Source: an uncultured virus (IMG/VR IMGVR_UViG_3300030102_004953)
Taxonomy: Duplodnaviria > Heunggongvirae > Uroviricota > Caudoviricetes
DNA: 64,000 nucleotides
Strand: one strand, 5' to 3'
Virus record (IMG/VR): IMGVR_UViG_3300030102_004953
The translations under genes and the position numbers were made by a program. The notes beneath the pieces are model-generated. The model worked only from the letters and a program-made list of their open reading frames with translations, ran no database searches and was not told where the DNA came from. Positions 9,624 to 19,050 of the stretch are shown here, one piece after another (positions within the stretch are counted from its first letter, which is position 1; the number at the start of each line of letters is the position of its first letter).

Positions 9624-10428
9624 ATTTCTTTGCTCCTTCATTGTAATACCACTCTGCGTAGTCTTTTAATCCCTCATCTAACTTGATGTAATCCAAGTCA
9701 GTCTCAAATTCGAAATCATTTTTAGGTAGTATCGCATTCTCGTCATCTTGAACTAACATAACACTACCTTGATATGCATCATCAAGAACATATTTAAACA
9801 CTTTGTGAACTAAATCAATCATCTCAATATTGTCTCCAACCACCTCAAGCTTTTCATATGTTTTTTCTTGTGTGTTCACCAATCTGAATAATTGTTTAAC
9901 CACATCTTCAACAAACACTATGTTAACTATATTCTTTCCATTACCAGCTATTTCAATATGTTCCATATGAATTAGTTTATTCATATAGTACCCTATTCGT
10001 GGTCTATGATTACCTTTACCAACAATGTAGCTTGGACGAACAATCTTATAATTACGTAAAACTGCTTGTTCTTCTTCTAACATAACCTCAACTGCTTTTT
10101 TATCCTCACCATACGCCCCATATGCGCTACGATATCTACTATCTGCAGCACCACTACTAACAAATATGTAGTTAGTATCACGTGGAATCAATGGTGATAC
10201 AAGTTTCCATTGTTGTGGAAAAAACAAACACATATCAACTATGGTATCGTATTTATCCCACTCTACTTTGTTAAGGTCTTCTGTATTATTTCTATCACCT
10301 TTGATAATACCAACACCATCTGGTCCAGTACCACTTCTATTAAACACATCAACCTTGTGCCATTTCATACTATGTTTTGCGAGAGCTTTACCAACAAATC
10401 TGTTGCCGCCTAATATTAATATGTTCAA
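9607..10428 (-). CDS. NAD-dependent epimerase/dehydratase
   Basis: ILILGGNRFVG, YGEDK (YxxxK), IVRPSYIVG. Confidence 0.85.
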   Translation of the reverse strand: MNILILGGNRFVGKALAKHSMKWHKVDVFNRSGTGPDGVGIIKGDRNNTEDLNKVEWDKYDTIVDMCLFFPQQWKLVSPLIPRDTNYIFVSSGAADSRYRSAYGAYGEDKKAVEVMLEEEQAVLRNYKIVRPSYIVGKGNHRPRIGYYMNKLIHMEHIEIAGNGKNIVNIVFVEDVVKQLFRLVNTQEKTYEKLEVVGDNIEMIDLVHKVFKYVLDDAYQGSVMLVQDDENAILPKNDFEFETDLDYIKLDEGLKDYAEWYYNEGAKKYGYVI

Positions 10429-11312
10429 ATTAACTCCTTAATTTCTTCGATAGTAAAATGTTCTACTTCATTTGATGCAGGACCTTCTTCCAACACTTTC
10501 TCGTGTAGATTCTCGCCAGGTTGTAAACCAATAGTTTTTACAGATATATCCTTACCACCAGAATATTTCTGTATCATAGCTTCTAACAAATCATCAATTC
10601 TCATTGATTTCATTTCAGGACAATAAGGTGTAGAATCTTTTGCATTCTCCATACAATCCCATATCAAATCAACTGCCTGTTCTACAGTCCAAAAGAATCT
10701 TGTAGCACTTGGTTCGGTTACAACAACCTCTTTACCCTCTTGAATTAATTCTTTCCACTTACATAGCACCGAACCTGTAGAGTATAAAACATTACCATAT
10801 CTAACTAACCTAAAATCAGTAGGTAATATAGATGATTTATTACTATAAGTTCTTTCAAATTGTTGAAACATTTTTTCCATTAATAGTTTGGAAGCACCAT
10901 ACACACCCGATACTTGTGCAGCCTTATCAGTACTAATACCTAAAACTAATTCGACACCCGCCTTTACAGATTCTTCTAATAAAATCAAAGAACCAATCGT
11001 GTTAGATTCTACACATTCTCTAACTTGTTCTTCAGCCATACCTACGTGTTTAAAAGCTGCTAGATGCATTACCATATCAATTCCTCTACCATTACATTGT
11101 AATGCTTGTTGTACTGAAAATCTATCTGCAACATCACCGGTGAAACAATAAGCTATTTGTGGGTATTTCATTTGTAGTTTTATTAAGTTACCCTCATTTC
11201 TAGCCATACAGTAAATTATTGCGTTATTTTGCAGCAACCTATCTACTAATTCTCCACCTAAAAATCCACTAGCGCCTGTTATAAGCACTCTTTTACCTGT
11301 AAAGTCATACAT
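10425..11312 (-). CDS. nucleotide-sugar 4,6-dehydratase (PseB/CapD-like), soluble
   Basis: ITGASGFLG, HLAAFKHV, ISTDKA, YGASK, VRYGNV, TRFF, GLQPGE. Confidence 0.9.
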   Translation of the reverse strand: MYDFTGKRVLITGASGFLGGELVDRLLQNNAIIYCMARNEGNLIKLQMKYPQIAYCFTGDVADRFSVQQALQCNGRGIDMVMHLAAFKHVGMAEEQVRECVESNTIGSLILLEESVKAGVELVLGISTDKAAQVSGVYGASKLLMEKMFQQFERTYSNKSSILPTDFRLVRYGNVLYSTGSVLCKWKELIQEGKEVVVTEPSATRFFWTVEQAVDLIWDCMENAKDSTPYCPEMKSMRIDDLLEAMIQKYSGGKDISVKTIGLQPGENLHEKVLEEGPASNEVEHFTIEEIKELI

Positions 11313-13053
11313 AACGTTTACCTTTCATTTTTTTAATTAATTGATTAGAAGCCTCAACACAAGTATCTATTTTACCTGAAAATACGTTGTACATATTTCC
11401 TTCACCTTGTTCCACTAATGTTGGGCGAGCATCATCGTGTTCACGATTAGTTAATACAGTTCTGATAGTGTACATAGAGCCAACGTGTTCTAACTTATCA
11501 AAATCATCAAAGAACTCCATACCAGCTTCTTTAAACAATTCTATGTTAGTAACCTCTGGAAATGATACTACTCCTGCATTTATATACTCTTTAAATTCTT
11601 TTGGTATGATTGGTTTCGTACCTACATTTCTTGAATGTATAGCGTGTTCTACGTGTCCTAAAACGTGAAAGCTTGTGTCTTTAAATGGGTCTAAACACAT
11701 AAAAGGACCATCCATAACAACAATGCTTTTATTTCTGTATTGTTTTGGTAGTAAAACAACAGGCTTCTCACATAGTTCAAACTGATACTCTTGCTTTGCA
11801 CCTTTTAACTGATTAATATTAGCATAAGTTGCATTGACAACATAGTCATAATCATAAGTTTTATTTTTAGTAATTCTGTTATTAAGTTCAACATTTACCC
11901 TTGCACCACGCATCTTATCTTTTACAGAATTTCTTAGAGCTATCATATCAAATAATTCTTCAGTTACTTTTACAGTCAATGCTGTTCCTTTTATTGGTTG
12001 TACTATCTGAAAATCTAAATTTAAGTCTTGTAGAAAATCAATATAATCGTGAGGTTTAGTCAAACTATCTTTTAAAGCTATAGCATAGTAATGTTCTATA
12101 CCACCATTGATAACCGTAGATTCATACTTCCTTTTAAATGATTTTAAACCAACTATACATTCCTCTGCAGTTTTTTTACTTCTTGGATAATGATAACCTC
12201 TATGTAATCTATACTGATTCACATAGGATGCAGCCGTTATCAAATCACTTTTTTCTTCAGCCAAAGTTACGTTAAATCCAGCACAAGACAAAGTTGTTGC
12301 AGCAGTTGTACCAAATACACCACCACCCACAACTAATACCTCATCAAATAACTCTTTCTTTACAGCCTCAGATATTTTTATCGCATTTAAAGTTATCTTT
12401 TTATTAGTTTCCCATTGTGCAGTATCATCAAATATTTTAGTAAACATATCTTTCAATGGATTATTAACTGGCTTAATTTCATAATTGTTAAATGTATGTA
12501 TAAAAGGATAATCGTATTCATCTATTTTGTAATCATATTTACACCTTTCACCATTTATTATCACATCAAACTTAGCTAATCCTTGATGAGCATACCAATG
12601 TTTTTTTACTTTTATATCCTCTGCTTCAAAATCATTGTAACAAAAATCCGACATATAAAAATGATGGTAAGCAAGGTTGTCTATAATATTAGCTCTAAAA
12701 GAACCCCACTTGTGCCATTTAAAAGAATTGTAAGATTCTACGTAGAATATATCTGATTCTTTGTGATACTTGTGATGTCTAAATACATCATCTACATACA
12801 ACTTTACACTCATAAAATCTGCTAAAGCGTACAACTCATTAGCAGCACTTTCAGATAAACATAATGGCTTCTCACAAAATACATTTTTTCTCTGCCCTAA
12901 CCAATACTGAACCTGTTCAAAATGTAAATCATTCGGTGTGGATATGATAATCCAATCTGCATCTTCTGGCTTAACAAACTCAACCATATCTTTGATTGAG
13001 CTTTCTATTTTTTTACCGAAGTAACCTTTTCCTATGATGTGAACTTTAGTCAT
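11305..13053 (-). CDS. fusion of Gfo/Idh/MocA oxidoreductase and FAD-dependent oxidoreductase
   Basis: IIGKGYFG...ISTPNDLH...FCEKP, then VVGGGVFG...ASYVNQYRLHRGYHYPRS; start placed at MTKVHIIG. Confidence 0.8.
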   Translation of the reverse strand: MTKVHIIGKGYFGKKIESSIKDMVEFVKPEDADWIIISTPNDLHFEQVQYWLGQRKNVFCEKPLCLSESAANELYALADFMSVKLYVDDVFRHHKYHKESDIFYVESYNSFKWHKWGSFRANIIDNLAYHHFYMSDFCYNDFEAEDIKVKKHWYAHQGLAKFDVIINGERCKYDYKIDEYDYPFIHTFNNYEIKPVNNPLKDMFTKIFDDTAQWETNKKITLNAIKISEAVKKELFDEVLVVGGGVFGTTAATTLSCAGFNVTLAEEKSDLITAASYVNQYRLHRGYHYPRSKKTAEECIVGLKSFKRKYESTVINGGIEHYYAIALKDSLTKPHDYIDFLQDLNLDFQIVQPIKGTALTVKVTEELFDMIALRNSVKDKMRGARVNVELNNRITKNKTYDYDYVVNATYANINQLKGAKQEYQFELCEKPVVLLPKQYRNKSIVVMDGPFMCLDPFKDTSFHVLGHVEHAIHSRNVGTKPIIPKEFKEYINAGVVSFPEVTNIELFKEAGMEFFDDFDKLEHVGSMYTIRTVLTNREHDDARPTLVEQGEGNMYNVFSGKIDTCVEASNQLIKKMKGKRYV

Positions 13054-13774
13054 ATAAATATTTAAATGTTTTCTCCATCCAATGTGGAACTGATGTTTGT
13101 TTGTCTGGTAACCCATTGAAATGCATCACACCCTCAAAAGTAGTGTGTAGCATATCATCTGCTAATATTTCTTTCTTCAACATACAAGACATATTGTATT
13201 TATAGGGTAGTAATTTAACAGGAATATTTCTTAATGTCAAGTTAAAATTTAACGGAGTTTGGTCTGTGCCTATTCCATAATTGCTTTGTATAGCTTGTAT
13301 ATTATCCTTATGTTCAAAGTAAAAATCTCTCATATGTACAAAGAAATCTCTATGATTATTGTTGACAATTTGAAATCCACTGTTACCATACTTCCAAAAA
13401 TCAAACCAAGCACCATCGTAAACATATTTTTTATAGTGTTCCATACCACGAAGAATCCAATCATAGCTACCATCATCGTGAACTAAACAATATTTGTTTT
13501 CTGTTTTTTCAAAGAAGTTATCACAATTAGGATGGATTATAGTATCAGCATCCACTATCAATGTTTGATTTGATTTTATATCATTGTTATCAAATATATC
13601 AAACATATAATATCTTTGCCAAATTATATGCATATCTTCCATCGGTAGAATAGGTTCTTCTAACAAAAATAGTTGAACATCATTTTTATCACACCATCTT
13701 CTCCAAGATTCTATAGATATATCATACTCTGGCTTAGAACCAACTGAGATTATGTATACAGTATTTTTATTCAT
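13046..13774 (-). CDS. glycosyltransferase, GT8-like
   Basis: IVDADTIIH (DxD), NSGF, DQTPLN, MHFNG. Confidence 0.75.
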   Translation of the reverse strand: MNKNTVYIISVGSKPEYDISIESWRRWCDKNDVQLFLLEEPILPMEDMHIIWQRYYMFDIFDNNDIKSNQTLIVDADTIIHPNCDNFFEKTENKYCLVHDDGSYDWILRGMEHYKKYVYDGAWFDFWKYGNSGFQIVNNNHRDFFVHMRDFYFEHKDNIQAIQSNYGIGTDQTPLNFNLTLRNIPVKLLPYKYNMSCMLKKEILADDMLHTTFEGVMHFNGLPDKQTSVPHWMEKTFKYLYD

Positions 13775-14519
13775 AGTTTTTTCCTACCAAATCCCAAGTT
13801 TGTTTCATTATATCTGTACGTTGTTCTATAGCAAAGCCTGTAAAATGCCATAAGTGGGAATACTTTATAAAGAAAGGTGTTTTATCATCACCATCTTGCC
13901 AGTTATGACTAAACATCTCTCTTTTATGCATAGAAAACATATTCCATATAGGTGGCAATTCTTTCTGTTTTATACCTTGTTTCTTTAGCTCAAAGTTAAG
14001 TAAAGTCTGTACCTTACCACCACCCATAGTTGCTTTACTATCAAGTTCATCTGAATTACTTTCATACAATTCTATTAGTGCATCATAAACTGGCTTATGT
14101 TCTTTTGTAAAGAAACTAACACCTGAATTATAGTAATCAAATACATCTAACTTTATATTAGGGTAATACTTCTGATAATTATTTATACTATTTACAGTCC
14201 ACCGTATGTTAGCATAGTCTCGCACCCAACACCACTCATCTTCATACAAATCAAATGGATTAGGTGCATCCCAATGAATCATTGTATCACTATCAACGTA
14301 ACCTATCTTATCATATTTATCACCAACTAATTCAAATATAGTATCTTTACACCAAACAGGATATTTGTATCTTGGGTTGTGTTCATCAATAACTAAAAAT
14401 TCAATGTCATTATTTTTACACCAACTCTCCCAACTCTTTATACAATACTGAGCATAATCAGAGTTTTGATATTGAGATGTGTTATGATTAATTGCAGTTG
14501 TGTAGATTAAATTTCCCAC
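13767..14519 (-). CDS. glycosyltransferase, GT8-like (paralog of the adjacent gene)
   Basis: YVDSDTMIH, YNSGV, QTLLN, WHFTG. Confidence 0.75.
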   Translation of the reverse strand: MGNLIYTTAINHNTSQYQNSDYAQYCIKSWESWCKNNDIEFLVIDEHNPRYKYPVWCKDTIFELVGDKYDKIGYVDSDTMIHWDAPNPFDLYEDEWCWVRDYANIRWTVNSINNYQKYYPNIKLDVFDYYNSGVSFFTKEHKPVYDALIELYESNSDELDSKATMGGGKVQTLLNFELKKQGIKQKELPPIWNMFSMHKREMFSHNWQDGDDKTPFFIKYSHLWHFTGFAIEQRTDIMKQTWDLVGKNYE

Positions 14520-15160
14520 TTAATTATAACTCCCTCTGAATCTTTTAGTGGTTTTCTTTCTTCGTGGTACATATCTCCCTCTGATAATCCTAATCTAGCC
14601 ACAATACTCATACCTTTATTTGCTGGTAGTAGGTTTTCGTTAACGTAAAGATTAATACTACCATCCCAAGTTTTCTCAAAGTTATCATTTAAACTTGTCC
14701 CATAATCATCAACAATAAAGTAAACTGGTTGTGAGTTATCTGCTATAGCTATAGAACGTTGTACATCAGAATGAAAGTGTGCATAATCGTGCACACAATC
14801 TATGAAAAATACATTAAAGGTTTTATTAATTAATATATCTCTCCAAACAGCATCGTGATATAGATTATAAGGGTACAAATACTCTAAATTACTATACTTT
14901 TCACTTTCTTTTGTTATTTTAGAACCATCATTGGAATCCACTGCTGTAACGTGTCCAAAAATTTGTGCTAGTATTACGCTGGTATAACCTCTCCAAAATC
15001 CCAACTCTAAACATCTAAAATCTCTAGCCTCTGGAAAATCAAAAAAATCAACCATATCTTTTTTGAACTTCTTACTTGTTGTTTGTAGGTGATAGTCTTT
15101 ATCTCTTAAGCCATTATCTATAAAATCATATATTTTTTTCTTATCCACGTTGTATCCCAT
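14507..15160 (-). CDS. class I SAM-dependent methyltransferase
   Basis: CLELGFWRGYTS, FFIDCVHDY, IVDDY. Confidence 0.8.
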   Translation of the reverse strand: MGYNVDKKKIYDFIDNGLRDKDYHLQTTSKKFKKDMVDFFDFPEARDFRCLELGFWRGYTSVILAQIFGHVTAVDSNDGSKITKESEKYSNLEYLYPYNLYHDAVWRDILINKTFNVFFIDCVHDYAHFHSDVQRSIAIADNSQPVYFIVDDYGTSLNDNFEKTWDGSINLYVNENLLPANKGMSIVARLGLSEGDMYHEERKPLKDSEGVIIKWEI

Positions 15161-15770
15161 TATATAAGTTGTTTTGTTTTTCTTGTCTATCTATTGTTTT
15201 AGGATGGTAGAGAGACAGTTCTTCATTTGGTGGTAAATGTGCATATGTCTTAGGTCCACTTATGTATTCGTGAACTGGCTTTACCCATTCTATTCCATCA
15301 ATATTTCTAAAAACCCTAGCTTGGTAATCAGGATAATTTACCCAACCATTTTCATTTACAACCCATCCCCACTTTTGTACGTGTTGTTCTGTAATTCCAT
15401 CTACAGTATTTACTCTTGGAATCCATATTAAATCAACATCATTAATTTCTATTATAGCTGGTAGTTGTTCCATTAATATTTCGTGTGGAACTTCATCAGC
15501 ATCTAAGTGAAATATGAAATCACCACTACACATTTTCTTTGTGTGGTTCTTTAATTTAGCAAAATCATTATCAAATTCAAATGAGTGCCAATTAAACTCA
15601 CTATTTACTGATTTAGCTCTGAGATAATCTTCAACATCTTTAGAACCATTCTTAGAATCATAAGTAATAACAACCTCATCTTCTGCTCTCTTATGTTCTA
15701 ATAAAAATGTAACCAAAGTCTGTATTTCGTTTAACTCATTACAAACCGTTATTGCGTAACTTAACTTCAT
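15141..15770 (-). CDS. glycosyltransferase family 2
   Basis: LSYAITVCNE, IFHLDADE, PDYQAR, VHE. Confidence 0.88.
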   Translation of the reverse strand: MKLSYAITVCNELNEIQTLVTFLLEHKRAEDEVVITYDSKNGSKDVEDYLRAKSVNSEFNWHSFEFDNDFAKLKNHTKKMCSGDFIFHLDADEVPHEILMEQLPAIIEINDVDLIWIPRVNTVDGITEQHVQKWGWVVNENGWVNYPDYQARVFRNIDGIEWVKPVHEYISGPKTYAHLPPNEELSLYHPKTIDRQEKQNNLYNGIQRG

Positions 15771-16477
15771 TACTTACCTATATCGTCTATGTCTCCAAAT
15801 GCTTTTTTTGATTCAACTGCACTAAGTAACTCTGACATCCGTTCATCTCTTAAAACTCCACTCAAATCTTCTAACATAGTTTCTACCGTCTGATTTACCT
15901 CTTTTGTAATTCTTTCTTGAACTGCCTTTATATCTATTGAATCTTCTTGCTTTTCTAAAACTTCCTCGTTTACTTTTTGGTCACCAATCTTTCTTTGAGA
16001 TGGTTTTTTCTTTTTCTCTTCAACTGCCCGTTTCACTTCCTTATCAAAAACTTTATCAGCTTCTCTAACAAAACTTGGTGGTAGAGTTGGTGTTATCTTT
16101 TGTATGTTTGCAGCTTTCAATTCTTTTATCTTGTAAGACCTAAAAGCATCTTCTTTCAAAAATGTTTTAAACTTTGAATATACTGCTCTCTCACCACCCT
16201 CAGGTATATTAACACGATAATATGGTTTTCCATTTACTTCACCATCTCTGATTAAATAAGGCTGATTAGCCATAGCTGGTATGTATCTTGTCAACTCACC
16301 ATCATCTAAGATTATTCTTTTATTTTTAGTAATCTCTAATCCGTGAACTAATCTACCAGCAGCCACATACCTAGCAAATATGATAACTTCTCTTTCAAAG
16401 AATCCTGAACCATATTCTCCCTCGTATTTAAACTTTACGATATCGCCAGATTTTAAATCGTTGTACCTTACTCTCAT
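15770..16477 (-). CDS. hypothetical protein
   Basis: long coupled ORF, no recognised motif. Confidence 0.7.
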   Translation of the reverse strand: MRVRYNDLKSGDIVKFKYEGEYGSGFFEREVIIFARYVAAGRLVHGLEITKNKRIILDDGELTRYIPAMANQPYLIRDGEVNGKPYYRVNIPEGGERAVYSKFKTFLKEDAFRSYKIKELKAANIQKITPTLPPSFVREADKVFDKEVKRAVEEKKKKPSQRKIGDQKVNEEVLEKQEDSIDIKAVQERITKEVNQTVETMLEDLSGVLRDERMSELLSAVESKKAFGDIDDIGK

Positions 16478-16914
16478 TCTTTTATAATACCCATATCTTT
16501 ACAAGCATCCATAAACTCAAACTTATCATAAGTTTTTGCATTTTCTACATCTAAGAATTGTTGATGTCCCTCATACTCACCCTCTTTTCCATTTGGAACT
16601 TCTATCACTTGTGCAAACTTCCACTTATAGTTACTTGGTTCGTGTTTGGATGTCTCAGGAAAAATCATACCTTTTGCACCCATATTCAAAATTGATGGGA
16701 ACCAAACTATCTCACGTGTTTCATCTACAAATTGTAAAATCTTAACTGATTCTGGCATTGTTTTCATATAATCTGCAATCTCTAAAGATTTTTCTACAAA
16801 TCTACTATCTGACATAAATCCACAATTAAAACACATATAAGATGAAAATTCTTTTTGCTCTTCTACAAAGCAGTTCTTTGATAAACAATGTGGGCAAGTT
16901 ATTTTTGTTTCCAT
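16474..16914 (-). CDS. hypothetical protein with N-terminal zinc ribbon
   Basis: CPHC...CFNCG; start at the TAATG overlap. Confidence 0.7.
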   Translation of the reverse strand: METKITCPHCLSKNCFVEEQKEFSSYMCFNCGFMSDSRFVEKSLEIADYMKTMPESVKILQFVDETREIVWFPSILNMGAKGMIFPETSKHEPSNYKWKFAQVIEVPNGKEGEYEGHQQFLDVENAKTYDKFEFMDACKDMGIIKE

Positions 16915-17675
16915 TATATCCAATCCTTCGTTATCTTTAATCTTGTATAATCTCCTGTGCCATCTTGTGCTAATGTGTCAGGACCTACAAGCTTCGTTGT
17001 ATGTTTCATTTCTGAATCTTTCGTATCATAAATAAATAGTTGGTACAAAGGTTCTCCAAATGGTAATCTTATATGACTTCTACCATCAGAGAAATCAAGA
17101 GTTACAAACGCATTTATGAAAGCCATCTTTCTCCACTTATCATTTCTTTGAACTCCAGCTGCTACTTCTATATTTGGTATAGGTTTTCTGTAAAGTGGTG
17201 GAACCATCAACATCTCATAGTTCTTAGGTAGAATAGCAGCCCAAGGACCTGTTAACTTAACTAAGAATTGTTTTTCTTTTTGAGCTATCGGTGTACCCTC
17301 TAAAGAATTATAACTAGATTGTATACTACACTCAAACCTATTTGATGCGAGTTCGAAGTTAAAAAAGTTGTTCTCGTGATTATAGTAAAAATCTACATCA
17401 CACCACATAGGAACTATGAAACCTGATTTGATAGCACCACTTATGCCAGGACATACTTTAGCAGTTTGTGTATATTGATTCTTTACACTTTTGTTTAGAT
17501 GAGATATAAAACCACTATCACTTTTGTAACCATACTTTAATGGATTAAAATCTCTGAAAGGTGGTAGCTTTCTCCACCAAGTGGGTTGTTTACCTTTAGC
17601 AGGAACTATCGGTGCTCTTTCATAAACTGACTTATTGTTAGTTACAAATTGTACAACCTTTTTTCTTTTGAACAT
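16914..17675 (-). CDS. hypothetical phage protein
   Basis: KVCPG...GFIVPMWCD motif; coupled ORF. Confidence 0.65.
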   Translation of the reverse strand: MFKRKKVVQFVTNNKSVYERAPIVPAKGKQPTWWRKLPPFRDFNPLKYGYKSDSGFISHLNKSVKNQYTQTAKVCPGISGAIKSGFIVPMWCDVDFYYNHENNFFNFELASNRFECSIQSSYNSLEGTPIAQKEKQFLVKLTGPWAAILPKNYEMLMVPPLYRKPIPNIEVAAGVQRNDKWRKMAFINAFVTLDFSDGRSHIRLPFGEPLYQLFIYDTKDSEMKHTTKLVGPDTLAQDGTGDYTRLKITKDWI

Positions 17676-19042
17676 TAATTAACCTTTTTTAACTTAGGCA
17701 ATTTTACCTTTGGTGTAGGCTGATTAGTCTCACCTTTATCTCCTTTTGCACCTGCAGTCTTTTTCAACTTTGGTAGTTTTATTGCAACTTGTTTTGGAAA
17801 GTTTGGTAAGTTTTCATCTAATATAGTCTCTAACTTATCCCTCATAGCTTTCATTGAAAATTTACTTTTGTTTACGTGTGCACATAACTTAGCTTTTTTC
17901 TCGTACTTCTTATAGTTTTTGAAAACATCTTTCAAGATAGCTGATGCTTGGCTGTAGTTTACAGAGAACCATTTCTGTCCTTCACAAGTAAAATCTTTTG
18001 GAAAAGCATCTTTTGGCGTACCAACTAAACTGCCCGGTAGTAAAACTGCATTTTTATGATTTATAAAATCCATATGCCCACTCCAACCTGATACTATCAC
18101 GGGCTTACCACTTAAACTAGCTTCAAGTAGTGGGCGTCCAAATCCCTCACCGTGTGTGAACGATACGTGAGCCTTTACCTTTGGGTGATTGTACAACTCA
18201 TTCATTTCTTCATCTTCTAAATCACCGTGTAAAACATAAACATTAGGTAGTGATTTAGCCTTTACAGTTTTTCTGATATCTTCTATCTTTTTTAAGATTT
18301 CATTTCTTCCTATGACTGAAAAATCAGCACCACTTGTTTTTAAAATTAAAGCTGGTGTTTTCTTTTTATTCTTAAAACTTTCAAAGAATGTTTTTACTAA
18401 CATACCAGTATCTTTCCTATCATTACCAAGTCCACCTTGTAACCAATGTCCTACAAACAGAAAACAAAATGTTTCTGATATCTTATTCATCTCTTTCTTT
18501 AGTTCTTTTGATATCACTTTTGTAGGTTTAAATATAGATGTATCAGCACCCTCAAACAACACCTCGTTTTTTGTGGTTAACTTTAACTCACCCACTTTTT
18601 TAGATGAGTCCTGTTTATCATTTATATCATAAGTTGAGTTAGCTATAGAATCTCTTGAATGGTTAGTAGAAAAAAGAATCATTTCTGCATTATTAGCACC
18701 TTGTACCCACTTTGGTGGAACTACAGTAGCTTCAAACCCAGCAGTAACACCTATGTTAAACTTAGCCCATTTTTGAAACTCATTTGGAACTGTAACTTGA
18801 AATGATACATCGAAAGGAATCTTACCATCCTCTTGTGTCATTATCCTATCTATAATTTTTCTATCTCTCTCACTCTCAACACTAAGTGCATTTTCTGGTG
18901 TATTACCCCATTTTTGTGGCATAATCTTAACATCATACTTATCGATATCAATTAAAGCGTGAACTAAATCTCTAGCTCTTGAACCATAACCACTTCGTGT
19001 TCCTATAGGACCTGAAAATAATACTCTTATTTTATCACTCAT
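17675..19042 (-). CDS. glycosyltransferase family 4 (GT-B)
   Basis: TRSGYG, FLFVGHW, GEGFGRPLLEA, WSGHMDF. Confidence 0.9.
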   Translation of the reverse strand: MSDKIRVLFSGPIGTRSGYGSRARDLVHALIDIDKYDVKIMPQKWGNTPENALSVESERDRKIIDRIMTQEDGKIPFDVSFQVTVPNEFQKWAKFNIGVTAGFEATVVPPKWVQGANNAEMILFSTNHSRDSIANSTYDINDKQDSSKKVGELKLTTKNEVLFEGADTSIFKPTKVISKELKKEMNKISETFCFLFVGHWLQGGLGNDRKDTGMLVKTFFESFKNKKKTPALILKTSGADFSVIGRNEILKKIEDIRKTVKAKSLPNVYVLHGDLEDEEMNELYNHPKVKAHVSFTHGEGFGRPLLEASLSGKPVIVSGWSGHMDFINHKNAVLLPGSLVGTPKDAFPKDFTCEGQKWFSVNYSQASAILKDVFKNYKKYEKKAKLCAHVNKSKFSMKAMRDKLETILDENLPNFPKQVAIKLPKLKKTAGAKGDKGETNQPTPKVKLPKLKKVN

Positions 19043-19050
19043 TATAACTC

